From: Mobula hypostoma
Taxonomy: Eukaryota
DNA: 64,000 nt
Assembly (NCBI RefSeq): GCF_963921235.1
Contig: NC_086097.1
Location: forward strand, 124,126,001-124,190,000
Direction: 5' to 3'
This document shows positions 1 to 13,169 of the stretch, one piece after another. Position 1 is the first letter of the stretch; each line of letters opens with the position of its first letter. The position numbers were made by a program, and so were the translations under genes. The notes under the pieces were generated by a model, which had not been told where the DNA came from, ran no database searches, and was given only the letters and a program-made list of their open reading frames with translations.

Positions 1-430
1 AAGGTGGAATGTACATCGCTACCAGGAAGATGGTGCAAAACTCCCTAAGCAGATAAAATGGACGGCATTTGACCACTGGATGTTCCAGGTCGGGAGAACA
101 GGACTGAGACAGAACCGCCACATGTGTGCACCACAATGAGTTAGTCACGAAGCATACTCCACCTCCTCTACCTTTAAAAGACTGAGATATCCTGTCTTTA
201 TGGGGAATGGTGAAGCCATCGGGCTGCAACACTGCATCAGAAATGGTGGGGACAGCCATGTTTCCATGCAGCAAAGTACACAGCAGTCCTTGATATCCCT
301 CTGGTAAAGCAATCTTACTCTGAGGTCTTCGATTTTATTTTGCAGAAACTGTATATTCGCCAGCTGGATAGTCAGGAGTGGTGGTCTAAGGCCTCAGCAT
401 TTTGATCTTACCTGTAGTCCAGCATGCCGT
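1..430 (-). mobile_element. Degenerate Rex1/Babar-type LINE, endonuclease (APE) region
   Basis: The minus strand reads, with frameshifts, RPPL.TI.LANIQ.LQNKIEDLR.RLLYQRDIKDCCVLC..ETWL...KGRGGGVCF...SCSPDLEH..VKCRPFYL.REF..IFLVA.YIPP. Confidence 0.8.
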
Positions 431-727
431 CTCTGCTTCCATATTCTTAAAGGGGAACTGCACTTGCAATCTGAGCCTGCGATCCAGGATCCATTGATTT
501 TGCATATTTATAAAATTTTTAATATGTGTCAACATGATGTTGTTTACCGAAGTACCCATGGCTATGAATGTGCATTTCAGGAATATTTGATAATTCCCAT
601 CAGATAGAGTCACCTCTTATCGGCACTATCTTATTTTTGTTGGCTTTGGACATATTTTAATAACCATTAAGCTGCAGGTTTTAAAAAGATGTTACAGTTC
701 ACATTTTACTAAGGCAGAAAATGACGA

Positions 728-1228
728 AAGGTCACCTCATTATAGGGAGGATGTGGAAGCTTTAGAGAAGGTACAGAAGAGATTTACCAGGATGCTGCCT
801 GGATTAGAGAGCATGTCTTATGAAGATAGTTGAGCGAGCTAGGCTTTTCTCTCTGGAATGGAGGAGGATGAGGGGTGACTTGCTAGAGGTGTACAAGATG
901 ATAAGTGACATGGATCGATTGGGCAACCAGAGACTTTTTCCTAAGGCAGAAATGGCTAATAACCAGGGGGCATAATGTTAAGGTAATTGGAGGAAAGTAT
1001 AGGGGGGTCTCAGAGGTAAGTTTATTACACAGAGAGTGGTGGGTACGTGAAATCTTCTGCCAGGGTGGTGGTAGAGTGATACATTAGAAGTATTTAAGAA
1101 ACTCTTAGATAGGCACGTGGATGATAGGAAAATGGAGAAGTACGTAGGAGAGAAGGGTCAGTTGATCATAAAGTAGGTTAAAAGATTGGTACAACTTTGT
1201 GGATTGAAGAGATGTAATGTTCTATGTT
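728..1228 (+). mobile_element. CR1 LINE 3' fragment
   Basis: Decayed RT C-terminus (SPHYREDVEALEKVQKRFTRMLPGL...RGDL.EVYK...TRGH) ending in a tgttctatg tail. Confidence 0.85.
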
Positions 1229-1538
1229 TTATATCTGCGTAATAAATATAAATAAATGTGCAGAGAGAATCTTAATGATTGAATATAGAGAGATTCATTT
1301 GGAAATTCTGCTTGTGATGGGACAGGGAATGCATGTTGACCAAAGGTAAGGTGAGGAGAAACATGAGAGGGGAAGCGTATCTTAATTAAGACCATATTTT
1401 GGCGAGACAAATATATGAAGAAGAAAGTAACAGGTACATTTACAATGTTAACTGAAGGGTATGAGATGACAGTATGAATATCTTGCCTTATTTTTATCCT
1501 GAGAGTATCATGTAATTTTCTTTTTTTCACTTCTGTAG

Positions 1539-1691
1539 GGCATTGGAGCTGCAGCCATTTTCTATAAAGCCACTTTTGCGACGAGCTATGGCCTACGATT
1601 CCATAGAGCGATATCGACAAGCCTATGTGGATTATAAAACGGTCCTTCTCATAGATAATAGGATCCAGGTTGCAAATGACAGTGTCAACAG
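1539..1691 (+). CDS. SPAG1: SPAG1 internal coding exon (end of middle TPR block)
   Basis: Polypyrimidine-tgtag acceptor and AG|gtaaga donor; 153 nt (1+150+2). Encodes ALELQPFSIKPLLRRAMAYDSIERYRQAYVDYKTVLLIDNRIQVANDSVNR, recognised as SPAG1 TPR sequence. Confidence 0.93.
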
Positions 1692-2348
1692 GTAAGAACT
1701 ATTGCATTAAATAAATATAAATATTTTGGGCAATTATTTTTATTGGACCTATAGACAACAATAAAGTAAATACCCTAAAACCTTAACACATAGGAGCAGA
1801 ATTGGGACATTTAGCCTGTCAAATCTGCTCTGCAATTCCATCATGGCAGATTTATTATCCTTCTCAACCCCATTCTCCCCATAACATTTGATACCTTTAC
1901 TAATCAAAAATCTATCAACCACTGCCTTAAATATATTCCAAATACTCAACCTCCACATCTGGCTAAAGAAATTCCTCCCTCAACGTCCACTCTATCTTTG
2001 CCTTTCAATATTTGTTAGGTTTCAGTGAGATTTCTTTCCCCCCCCCCCCAACCCCCACCATTCTTTGTAATACCTTTTGGCCAAGGAATTCCTTTGCACA
2101 AAAAACACCACCTTGTATTCTGCTTGTGTAGCCTACAGTCCAAAGGTACGAGTATTGAATTTTCCAGTTTCTAGTAACCCACATCCTCTTTCTATTTCCC
2201 ACCAGTCCACCCAGGTTCTCTCTCCTTTTCTTCACCTTTTGTTCAGTCCGTTCCCTTTACGGGCTTCATCTGCTCATCATTCCCTTCCTCATCATGTTCC
2301 AACTATCACCTCCCAGTTCCAATCCCACCTTTCTCCTGCACTGTAATA

Positions 2349-2918
2349 CACTCAGTGGCTACTTTATTAAGTACCTCTTGTACCTAATAAAGTGGTCACT
2401 GAGTGTATGTTTATGGTCATCAGCTACTGTAACCCATTCACTTGAAGGTTCAAGTTCACGTGTTGTGCATTTAGAGGTGTTTTCCTGCACACCACTGTAA
2501 CGTGTGATTAATTGAGTTACCATTGCCTTCCTGTCAGCTTGAAACAGTCTGGCCATTCTCCTCTGACCTCTCTCATTAACGTGGCATTTTCACCACAGAA
2601 CAGCCACTCACTGGATTTTTTTTTTTTGTTTCTCACACCGTTCTCTGTAAACTCTAGAGACTATTGTGCATGAATATCTCAGAAGATCAACAGTTATGAG
2701 ATCCTCAAACCAACCCATTCGGAACAACACTCATTCTGCAGTCAAAGTCACTTCTATCACATTTCTTCCCCATTCTGATGTTTGGTCTGAACAACAACTG
2801 AATCTGTTGACCATAACTGCATCCGTTTATGGATTGAGTTGTAGCCACATGATTGGCTGATTAGATATTTGGATTAATGAGCAGCTGTACAGGTGTGCCT
2901 AATAAAGTAAACACTGAC
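2349..2918 (-). mobile_element. Tc1/mariner deletion derivative, copy 1
   Basis: TA-flanked TIRs of consensus CACTCAGTGGCCACTTTATTAGGTAC at both ends, with a double-TIR hairpin at 2349-2405. Internal minus-strand transposase N-terminal remnant RMARLFQADRKAMVTQLITRYSGVQEN.SK.TTR. Confidence 0.85.
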
Positions 2919-3994
2919 TATAAACCAGCCATCTTTTCTCTTTCCCCTTTCCCCGCATCCAATCCTTATGTCGGGCCTCAACCCCAAGCATCAACATATT
3001 CCTTTTGCTTCCACAGATGCTGCTTGACCTAGTAAGTTCTTCCAGTAGTATGCTGCAGACTCCAGCATCTGAAATCTCTAGTTGCTCCAATACAAAACAG
3101 TATTGTGCCATTGGAAATCCAGTTAACTTAGAGTACAGCAATATAGCAATGCTCTCTGTATTTGTGAACACACATTGGAAAGTTCAGCACCTGACATTTT
3201 GTTTGCAGGAATTGTATCTTCCAAAAAAACATTTTGCTCTTAGAACAGTAACGAGGAGGAATTTCTTTAGCTTCAATGGTGAATCTGTGAAACTCGTTGC
3301 CACAGATGTCTGTTGAGGCCAATGCATTGGGTATATTTAAAGTTGAGGTTAATAGCTTCTTGATTAGTAAGGGTGGCAAAGGTTATGGGGAGAAGGCAGG
3401 AGAATGGAATTGAGAGAGTTGATAAATCAGAGATTATAGAATGGTGGAACAGACTCGATGGGCCAAATGGCCTAATTCTGCTCCTGTGTCTTCTGGTCAT
3501 TTCCAATGTAAAAATTCCTCAATGTTCATCAGCAATAATGTAATATGGAACATCTCCATTGCAATTTTTAACCTCATTGGCTTTTTTAAAAAAAAGTTCT
3601 TCACAAAATAGCCAGGTCTCACTAACCCCACTTCATCTAAAACTGCGCCACTTGCACGCCAACACTCAATTTGTGATCCTTTTCCTCACTTAGATATCTG
3701 GCCACCCAAAACTTCATTTATAATCTTGTGCATGCCCTGACTGCTTGCTTCCACAGATGTCAAAATCAGTCGCACTCTTTTCTAGTTCAGGATTTTATTC
3801 CAGTAGGCTACTGCTGATACATGCAATATCTTATAGTTTGCTGATTACAGCTGTATTAGACAGGTCACCTAGACTGCAGTCTCATGCAGAGCAGACTTTA
3901 TTTGCTTTTTTTCAGTCCACATGACACAGGTATTCCCCACAATTAAGGTTTTGCGAGATTGCAGTCTTAGATCTCCCTGGTAACCTCATCCCAA

Positions 3995-4762
3995 GTATAG
4001 GGAAGTGTATGGTCATGTACTTTGGTAGAAAGAATAAAGGCATAGACTATTTTCTAGCTGGGGAGCAAATTCAGAAATGGGAGGTGCGAAGGGATTTGAG
4101 AGTCCTAGTGCAGAGTTCCCTAAGGGTTAACTTGCAGGTTGAGTCGGTGGTAAGGAAGGCAAATCCAATGTTAGTATTTATTTTGAGAGGACTAGAATAT
4201 AGGAGTAAAGATGTAATGCATTGGTCAGACCGCATTTGGAGTATTGTGAGTAGTTTTGGGCTCCTTATCTAAGAAAGGATCTGCTGGCACTGGAGAGGGT
4301 CTGGAGGAGGTTGACGAGAATGAACCCAGAAATGAAAGATCGAACATATGAGGAGTGCTTGATGATTCTGGGCCTTTATTCACTTGAATTTAGAAGAACA
4401 AGGGGGAAATCTCCTACTGAATATTGAAAGACAGAGATAGAATGGACATGCGGAGGATGTTTCGAATAGGGCACTGCCCCAGAATACAAGCATGCCCCTT
4501 CAGAACAGATATTAGGAGGAATTTCTTTAGCTAGAGAGTGGTGAATCTGTGGAAGTCATTTACACAGATGACTGTGGAGGCCAAGGGTATACTTAAAGTG
4601 GAGATTGAAAGGTTTTTGATTAGTAAGGACATCAGAGATTATGAGGAAAAGGCAGGAGAATGGAGAATAGAATGAGAGGGATGATAAATCAGCCATGATG
4701 GAATGGCGGAGGAGACCCAGTGGGCTGAATGGCCGATTTCTGCTCCTATACCTTATGTTCTA
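3995..4762 (+). mobile_element. CR1 LINE 3' fragment
   Basis: ORF 4009-4272 is a decayed CR1 RT C-terminus (VMYFGRKN..DYFL.GE...RDLRVLVQSSL); the CR1 3'UTR follows. Confidence 0.85.
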
Positions 4763-6973
4763 AGCACTCCTTCCTTTGAGGGACTCCATGGTCCAGCTAT
4801 AGGTCCTGTTCTTACCACTGAGAGCATTATCACAATTCTTTCCAGTCATTGCAGTATAGAGTGAATTAAGAGCAAAATTGTTTGTAGCTAGAAGGACAAT
4901 GCTTTATTGCAGTAAAAGCTGGCTGCAGAAATCACATCTATGAGACTAAATGATGGCAGTCAATAAGAACAAAGTTAAAACAGACATAGTATAGTGTTAC
5001 ACAATGTAAGCTGATAACTACCCAATGACTACAACAAATAAAGATGTCAGCATTTTTGCAACTTCTACAAATAGCATTAAGGGGCCCACAATGCAGTTTT
5101 CATTCCATTAAAGTTTGGTAATGTAATTTGTAGACTTTCATATATAGTCATAGGCTTGAATCACCCAGCCCATTGTGGTGGGTGGTCATGAATGACTTGT
5201 GGTGAGGAACAACTTGCTGAACCTGCACCGGGTGCACCTCGCCCAGGAACTCTTTAAATGGGGAGGAATTGTTGTGGAAGTTGAGTTTATTTTTGATTTT
5301 TATTCATTTTAATTATTCTTTAAATGCAATTTTAAGAGATTCGGTTACATTTTCAGTTTTTGACGGTTTTGCAATCAGCTAAGCCAGAGAGCATGACTTG
5401 GCACATTGATATTTTTCCATTTGTTTTGCGGTTGGGGCTCTTTCTGGGATTGTTTGACTGCTTCTGCACAGGCTTGTGTGACTAAGCATGGGGCCAGTAC
5501 TTAACTTTGCAGATTGCCTAGTGTCAACTTACTGACACATTTTCCTTGTACATCAAATGAATTATCAGCAGAAGAATCTGGCTATATATACTCTTCTGAG
5601 GAGTAAATAAGAACACTTACAGGAAACTTAGAGATGGTTGGGGGGGGTGTGGGAGGAGGGGAGTTAACAGTCAGATCTAGACTGCTATTTTAAACAAATG
5701 CTTGTGGAATAAAGCTGAAAAAATCAACATGCCTGTAATTGCTGGACTTTAGAATGGGGGTGGGGATCTCATTGAAGCCTAACGAATATTGAAAGACCTA
5801 GATATAGTGGATGTGGAGAGGATGTCTCCTATAGTGGGGGAGTGTGGGACTAGATGACACAGCCTCAGAATACGAGGATGTCTCTTTAGAACAAAAATGA
5901 AGAGGAATTTCGTCAGTCAGAGGGTGGCGAATCGGTTGAATTCGGATGGCTGTGAAGACCAAATCATTGGGTGTATTTAAAGCGTTGGTTGATAGGTTCT
6001 TGATTGGTTCAGACCAAGTGAGATGAAGGGTCTTGGCCCAAAACATAGACTGTTTATTCCTCTCCATAGATGCTGCCTGACTTGCTGAGGTTCTCCAGCA
6101 CTTTATATAAGAGGGAAGATGTGTGCCACTAGTAGATCCCTGATGCAGGGTCTTGACCCAGAATATCACCATTCCTTTGCCTCCGCAGATGCTGCTTGAC
6201 CTGCTGACTTCCTCTAGTGGTTCAAATGTTGCTTCAGATTCCCAGATCCATGAGATTTATTTTATTTTATTTTATTGATATACAGCACAAAGTAGGCTCT
6301 TCCAGCCCTTCGAGCCATGCTGCCCAGCAATCCCCCAATTCAATCCTAGCCTAATCACAGGACCAATTAACCTACCAACTGGTACATCATTGAACTGTGG
6401 GAGGAAACCCATGCGGTCACAGGAAAAATATACAAACTCCCTACAGGCAGTGGCGGGAAGAGAAGTATTATTTAAAAGGGAATAAATTGCAGAACTCTGT
6501 AGTGCAGAGGAATTTGGAAAAACTGGTGCATGATTTGCATGAGTCTTTCCTGGAGGTCCAGCAAGTATTGGGAAAAATCTATTGTCTAATAATGTTAAAG
6601 TTCAAAGTATATGTATGTCACCATTTACAACACTGAGGTTTATTTTCTTGTGGGCACTTACAGTAAATAAATACAAGAAACACAATAGAATCAATTAAAG
6701 CCCGCACCCAACAGGATGGACAAACAATTAATGTGCAAAAGACAACAAACTGCAAATACAAAAAGAAAGAACAAAACAAAATAAGTAATAACTATTGAGA
6801 ACATGATGTGCAGGGTCCTTAAAAATGAATCCATAAATTGTGGGAACAGTTCAGTGATGGGGTGAGTAAAGTTATTCCCTCTGTTTCAAGAGTTGAAGGG
6901 TAGTAACTGTGGTGTGAGTCCTGAGGCACCTGTACCTTCTCCGATGGCAGCAGTGAGAACAGAGCATGACCTT

Positions 6974-7415
6974 TGTAAGAACAAACTGAAAAATTACACA
7001 GAGTTGTTTTTTGAAATAATGAGCAGTTTATTAAAAACTGGTGCACACCAGTAGATCAGTCAAAGCTGATCTACCTGAGCACGAAGTTGGTAGAGGTTTT
7101 ACATCCTCAATTGTTGAGATTACCAGTAAAACTATATTTTGATAATAGAATGGTGGCTACAGGAAGACTTAATTAAATAATGGACTAGGTTCTGATTACA
7201 GGGTAAAATGATTATCCATGGGTCTAACAGTAAATCCAGTTTTCTATTACAACAATGTAACATACTTAATGAAATTCCTGAACCTTGGATGTCATCACTG
7301 CTGCATTCCATGTCTCTATTTCAAGGCTTTGTCTGTGGTTCCCTGTTACCACATTAGCACAATCCATATCCCCATTTACTCGTTATTAGCCCTCACTATT
7401 CTTCCCCCTACAACA
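6974..7415 (-). repeat. 3' LTR of the ERV
   Basis: Starts TGT after a purine-rich stretch just downstream of the env stop, has AATAAA (7032-7027, minus) and ends ...TTCTTACA at 6974. No partner LTR is available to confirm the boundaries. Confidence 0.6.
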
Positions 7416-7463
7416 GTCTCCATTCTTAGCCCATGGCCTAAAATGGCTAATAAGGCCTAAAGG

Positions 7464-9590
7464 TTAGATCCCATAGTTTAGCCTACGCCAACGCTTTACC
7501 TGCCGTCACAGTACAAACACTAAAATAATAATGGTCATTAAACAATCAGCTGTATAACATCGATAATATGAGAGATGAGTCGAATCCAGTAGTGGGTTTG
7601 TGCATTCAAGGCCCAATTCCAAATATTGTACCAAAATGAGGGGTTCTCTACAGCTACCTTCTCATGATCCATTATCCTTAGCGACAGTGCATCCCATTTC
7701 TTAATGACTTCCTTATCCTGTTGGATGATCTTTTCCCATTCAGCAATGTAGAATGGGCAGTAGTTCTGTGGCTACATGCTTGTGCAATCCTTCGTCTGTG
7801 TTACTACCATAAATGGTAAGCTGCAGCTCCAGTGTCCCTTCTGCAACTGGCTTAGGCAAATTCTGTCCCACAATCATTAATTCAGTTGAGACATCACTGA
7901 TTGCCACTTTATAGCCAGTCAGATTGCATTGTAGCCGCCCCTTGTAATATGGTCTTGCTGATATTGCGGTGTAGTAGATGTTGTTCACCAAAGCATTCTT
8001 CAAGTTTTGTTATTAACTGGCAATGTGGACAGGGAACAGTTATTATATGCCGTTGTTCCTTTTCGCGCCTTGTAGCGCATTGGATGGCATTTTTGATTTT
8101 TTTTTTAATGAGGCTGAGTTGCTAGCTCGACGCTCAGCCCAGCATGGATGGAAAGCGTTCAAGGACCCAGCCGGATTCAAACTCCAGACTATTCACCTTG
8201 GCGTCTGGGGCTGATACCATATCACTGGCCAGCATAGTTATATATAGCAAAACCATATTCCGTCAGGCTTCTTCATACAGTCTGCCCTGGACATGCCCCA
8301 TTTGATGACGTTGTATCAAGCTCTTCCCCCGCCTTCCCCCAGACTAGTGTAACTCGATTGTGTAAACCAACATATCTTAGAGATATCCAAGTTCCTTCAT
8401 AGTGTTTTCCAACATTGTGCACTCTCATAAGAGAGTATGTGTAATTGCCACTGTGTCAGGGAATGTGGAGGACTGCTGCAATGTACAGTGGATCCCTCTC
8501 ATTTTCGAGCCTGCCATGACATCATTAGTCAGAGTGAGATCTGAATGTCGCACATTGGGGCGGCTTCACCCACCCATTCTTCCAGCTGGTTGTCTGATAT
8601 CCAATCCGGGACTCTGTGGCCTTCCAACTGCAGACTGTTTGTCCCAACTATAGACAAAAGCCAGGCAGCGTATGTTGTACAGAATACATTTTTTGTTTTA
8701 GCGTTGGGTGTCATTGTTCACTCTATCAACAACTTCATTAGTTATATCCTTTGATGACTACAATAACTGGAGAGTTTCCAACTACTTCCGTCCCTTGCTT
8801 CCCTATTCTATTAACTTGCCCCAAGTAATTTTGTTTTGTAATCCCCTTCAACTTCCGCTGGAGGGAACTGTTTTGCATATTTATTTCTGCTATATCTAAA
8901 GTATTGACTGTGGAGACCCCCGCTGAATATCCTGCTCCTAACACTCTATCAAGCCCCTTTTCCTTCTCCACCTTTCTGTCCTAATCTCACTATGAGTATC
9001 TTATCCATAGAGTAAACATTGGAAAAGGCAATTCGTACTGTCCTCGCAAAAGCTAGGGAATTATAAAGCAGTCAGGTTAAAGACTATCTGCATGTGGCTG
9101 TAGCCTGGTACTAGAGTAATCCTTTCGCCTGTATTTTCCAATACTAACCCTATAGCCTGTATGTCTCTGGCCCTCACTACACTGTAGTGCTCTTGTGGGA
9201 ACAGAAGGTCCTACAGTGATTGATTCCCAAATGGAGCAGCCCTGTCGCTTTGCCGTACTGGTGATTCATTGGGAATGGTTCATTAGTCCCGTGTCTTGGC
9301 ATGACAAATACAAACATGGGATCCCTCTCTCGCACACCAGATTTCCCCTGAGTGCTGTGCAGTTTTCATATGTCCATTTCACATCACTGCATGCTATCAT
9401 GTCGTCCCTGTTGAATTGCATAGCATTTATATGCCCCACAGCTGGTCGTTCTTTGTTACTCACTCAGTTTAGAGTCTGCAGTTTACTTGCTCTTCAGAGA
9501 TGTCTCAAAAGATTATCACATTCAATTATCCAAATTCTTCTGAGTGTAGTTTGTCAAATTCCATGTTTTCTGTTCCTGTGGAAATATGTT
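7464..9590 (-). pseudogene. env: Retroviral env pseudogene (class I fusion protein)
   Basis: Furin site RRKR (8967-8956), then GL..LGAGYSAGVSTVNTLDIAEIN (fusion peptide and heptad start, one frameshift). Trp-rich juxtamembrane SFWYNIWNW...HYWIRLISHII, hydrophobic TM (VIQLIV/LMTIIILVFVL) and basic tail RQVKRWRR. Many stops and frameshifts. Confidence 0.72.
8050..8233 (-). mobile_element. tRNA-derived SINE inserted in env
   Basis: Minus-strand A-box/B-box-like head (tggccagtgatatgg...gagtttgaatcc), internal A-run, and imperfect flanking duplication (agttattatat/agttatatat). Confidence 0.7.
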
Positions 9591-9847
9591 TGCATTGTTA
9601 AATCATTCCTGCCCAAGGTATCTTTTCAGGTGGAACCAGTGTTTCCAATTTGGCCCTTCTTTAGTTTTCACTAGGGCACACATTTCTCCAGTCAGGAATA
9701 CTATAAATAATCCCATCCATCTGGGTTGTAGTTCCAAGTTTCGCTAGTACAACTATAACCATTATTTCTGGCAGGTTGCCCTTCACTTGGGCATTCTTGC
9801 GTTCGCAGTCCTGTACTCTTTGTCTATCAATGAGTTACCCATTTAGA

Positions 9848-11485
9848 TAAGACCATGACACCATAAGACATAGGAGCAGAATCATTGAGTCTGCTCTCCA
9901 TCATGGCTGATCCCGGATCTCATTCAACCCCATACACCTGTCTTCTCACTGTAGCCCTTGATACTCCAACAAATCAGGAATCTATCAACTTCCACTTTAA
10001 ATATAGCCATGGACTTGGCCTCCACTGCTGTCTGTGGCAGAGCATTCCACAGATTCATCACTCTTTGGCAAAAAAAAATTACCCCTTACATGTGTTCTAA
10101 AAGGTCACCCCTCAATTTTGAGGCTATGTCCTCTAGTTCTGGATACCCCTACCACAGGGAACATCCTCTCCACATCCGCCTTATCTAGTCCTTTCAACAT
10201 TCAGTAGGTTTCCATGAGGTTTCCATGTATTCTTCTAAATTCCAGTGAATACAGACCCAAAGCTGCCAAATGCTCCTCGTGTGTTAACCCCTTCATTCCC
10301 AGAATCACCCTCATGAACCTCCTCTGGACTTTCCAATGACAATACATCCTTTCTGAGATAAGGGGCCCAAAACTGTTTGACAATACTGCAAGTGCAGGCT
10401 GACTAGTGTCTTATAAAGCTTCAGCATTATCCCCTTGTTTTTATATTCTAATCCCCTTGAAATAAGAGCCAATATTGCATCTGCCTTCTTTACCACAGAC
10501 TCAACCTGTGAATTAACTTCCTGGGAGTTTTGCACGAGGACTCCTAAGTCCCTTTGTACCTCTGATGTTTGAATTTTCTCCCCATTTAGATAATAGTCTG
10601 CACTATTGGTCCTTTTACCAAAATGCATTATTGTGCATTTCCCAACATGTATTCCATCTGCCTCTTTTTTTTCCCATTCTTCCAATTTGTCTAAGTCCTG
10701 CTGCAATCGCATTGCTTCCTCAGCACTACCTACGCCTCCACCTATCTTCGTATCATCCACAAACTTGGCCGCAAAGCCATTAATTCCATTATCTAAATCT
10801 CTGACAAACAATGTGAAAAGTAGTGGTCCCAATACTGACCCCTGAGGAACACCACTAGTCACTGGCAGCCAACCTGAAAAGGCCCCCTTTATTCCCACTC
10901 ACTGCCTCCTGCCTGTCAGATATTCCTCTATCCATGCCAGTCTATTTCCTGTAATATCATAGGATTTTATCTTGTTAAGCAGGCTTATGTGAGGCACTTT
11001 ATCAAATGCCTTCTGAAAATCTAATTAAATGATATTTGTTGCCTGTCCTTTGCCCACCCTGCTTGTTACTTCCTCGAAGAATTCTAACAGATTTGTCATG
11101 CAAGATTTCTTTTTCCAAAAATCCTACTGACTTTGACTTATTTTATCATTAGTCTACAAATACCCCAAAAACTCATCCTTAATAATGGACTCCAACACTT
11201 TCTCAACCACTGAGGTTAGGCTAACTGGCCTATAATTTCCTCTCTTTTGTCTTCCTCCCTTCTTAAAGAGTGGAGTGACATTTGCAGCTTCCTAGTCCTC
11301 CTGGACCATGCCAGTGATTCTTGAAAGATCATGACTAATGCTTCCATTATCGCTTTCAGGACTCTAGATGTAGTCTGGTCTAGGTGACTTATCCACCTTA
11401 AGACCTTTTGAGTTTGCCTAGCACTTTTTCCTTTATAATAGCAATGGCATTCTCTCCTGCTCCCTGACACCCACAGACCTCTGGC
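9848..11485 (-). mobile_element. 5'-truncated CR1 LINE inserted into the ERV integrase
   Basis: RT motifs SGVPQGSVLGPLLF and KFVDDTK (ORF 10311-10898); tail repeats (cataagac) near 9848-9872. Confidence 0.92.
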
Positions 11486-12394
11486 ATGCAGATGAACAGC
11501 TAACCCCTGTACAGGCTGGGTAATCTGGTCCTTACTATGGCAGCTCTTCAGTCCTCCTGTGATCATATCCTCTGGTAGTTGCATAGCCCATCCTGTCATT
11601 AATTCAAAAGCAGTAAATCTTGTCCCATGAGCAGGGATCACTCATAGTTTCATCAACACTGTTAGTAATACCCTAGACCAACTTGTCTCTGTCTCCATTA
11701 AAGCCTTCATTAGGCTCCCTTTTAAGGTGCATTTCATTCTCTCAGCCATGCCAGAGTTCTGAGGTCAGTCTGGAATGTGCAGCATCTGTTTCTCTGTTGG
11801 TGTAAAAAGTTCTTCCACCCTGGACTCTGTAGCGCTATTCCCTACTGCCTTCTGAGGTACCCGCTGCTGTCTCGTTACAGGGTGGAGATTGTGAATCTTT
11901 ATTACGAGTCCCATACTCATCAGCTGCATCAGCCCAATCGTCCTAATCTACAACATGTTCTGGGGGTGCGCATCTTACACTACCTATCATCTGCCTTGAA
12001 ACTGGGGAGATCTGAGCTCGTTTTGCAAGCACTATTCTGTGGTAATTGCTCATTAATGCTGTTACTTTTACTACAGCCTTTTCATATTTGCCCTTCTCTT
12101 GTCCCTTCTACCAAGCAATTTGTTCAGGGTTGTTCCATTCAGATTGTAACCCTTCTTTACCATATTTTGTATCAACTAACGATTAGGAGCTCTACCGTCT
12201 GTCTGGGGGAATCCTTCTGATTCTTACACTTCTTTCTCAGTTTTCTCCAGCTTCCCTTTTTCTCCCCTGGCCATATGTTCGTGTCATTTCCAGCTCCCAC
12301 GTCTATATCTCAAATAGTTGGTTAGTCAATCAGTTTCCCAAATCAATTGCAACCTATAACTGCCTGGACCCCATCTGCTAGTTACTAACCTTAC

Positions 12395-12720
12395 AATGTC
12401 TGGACATCTTACAGTGTGCACTTCCCACAGATATAGTCAACTGGGACACCATGAGGTTCTCTGTCTTCCCACATCTTGCAGGAAGAGCATTCTTCTGCCC
12501 TGACCGCCATTTCATCTACACATTCAAAGGTCACGATTAATAGGAAAATAAAAACTCTACCCTGATTCTGACCTGCTATCACCCGTGCCTCCTCACCCAA
12601 GACTCCCCAGCCAAAGCCTAGCCACCTCAGCACTGACCCACTTTCACAATAGCCACTCCACATGACCGTACCATCTATTTATTGGCAAAACACATGGCAA
12701 CTCAGCCAGTCTGAAATCCT
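12395..12720 (-). mobile_element. CR1 5' end/ORF1 zinc-finger fragment
   Basis: ECSSCKMWEDREPHGVPVDYICGKCTL is homologous to the ORF1 N-terminus of the full-length CR1 at 25269-25730. Confidence 0.8.
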
Positions 12721-13169
12721 CTGCTGTACGGGATACTGCAATTGGAGAACAAGCTGTCAATAGCAAATAATGTTTTAAAAGCTGCTGGCTTCTCCCCTCT
12801 GTTGCTCCAGCTGCTGAACTGGAGAAAAACAAGATCAGTTTTAATCTTTTCCATGAATTTAAATTGTTGCATTTTTGGGTCTAAATGATAGTTTGTTTCA
12901 AAAACTATTACCTTTTTGACACAGGCAGATCTCTGGCCCTAGCTGTGCCCTCTGTCTATGTCCATTTATTGAATTCTGGAAAAGGAGCCTTTGTAGTGTA
13001 TGGCCTAAGACCCTGCTACACTTGGTTATTCCAGGATCCAAAGGTCCAGCAGTATCTGGCCCAATGTGGCATATAGTAGTGAGACAGTCAGTCATGTTAC
13101 TTGTCAGCTGGATTATGCTGAACCTGGCCTGCCATGCAGAAACGCTGAATGTTGTTACATCTACCAATA

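Larger units (their letters stand above)
6974..12390 (-). mobile_element. Decayed endogenous retrovirus (internal deletion; integrase, env and 3' LTR), interrupted by a CR1 and a SINE
   Basis: Integrase core PQNSGMAERMKCTLKGSLMKALMETETSW...TRFTAFELMTG (about 11770-11490) and integrase C-terminus PRW.G.....LT...EGPNWKHWFHLKRY (about 9730-9605). An env-like region at about 9590-7464 and an LTR-like segment at about 7415-6974 follow. No 5' LTR seen; the left-hand (5') boundary near 12390 is approximate. Confidence 0.8.
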
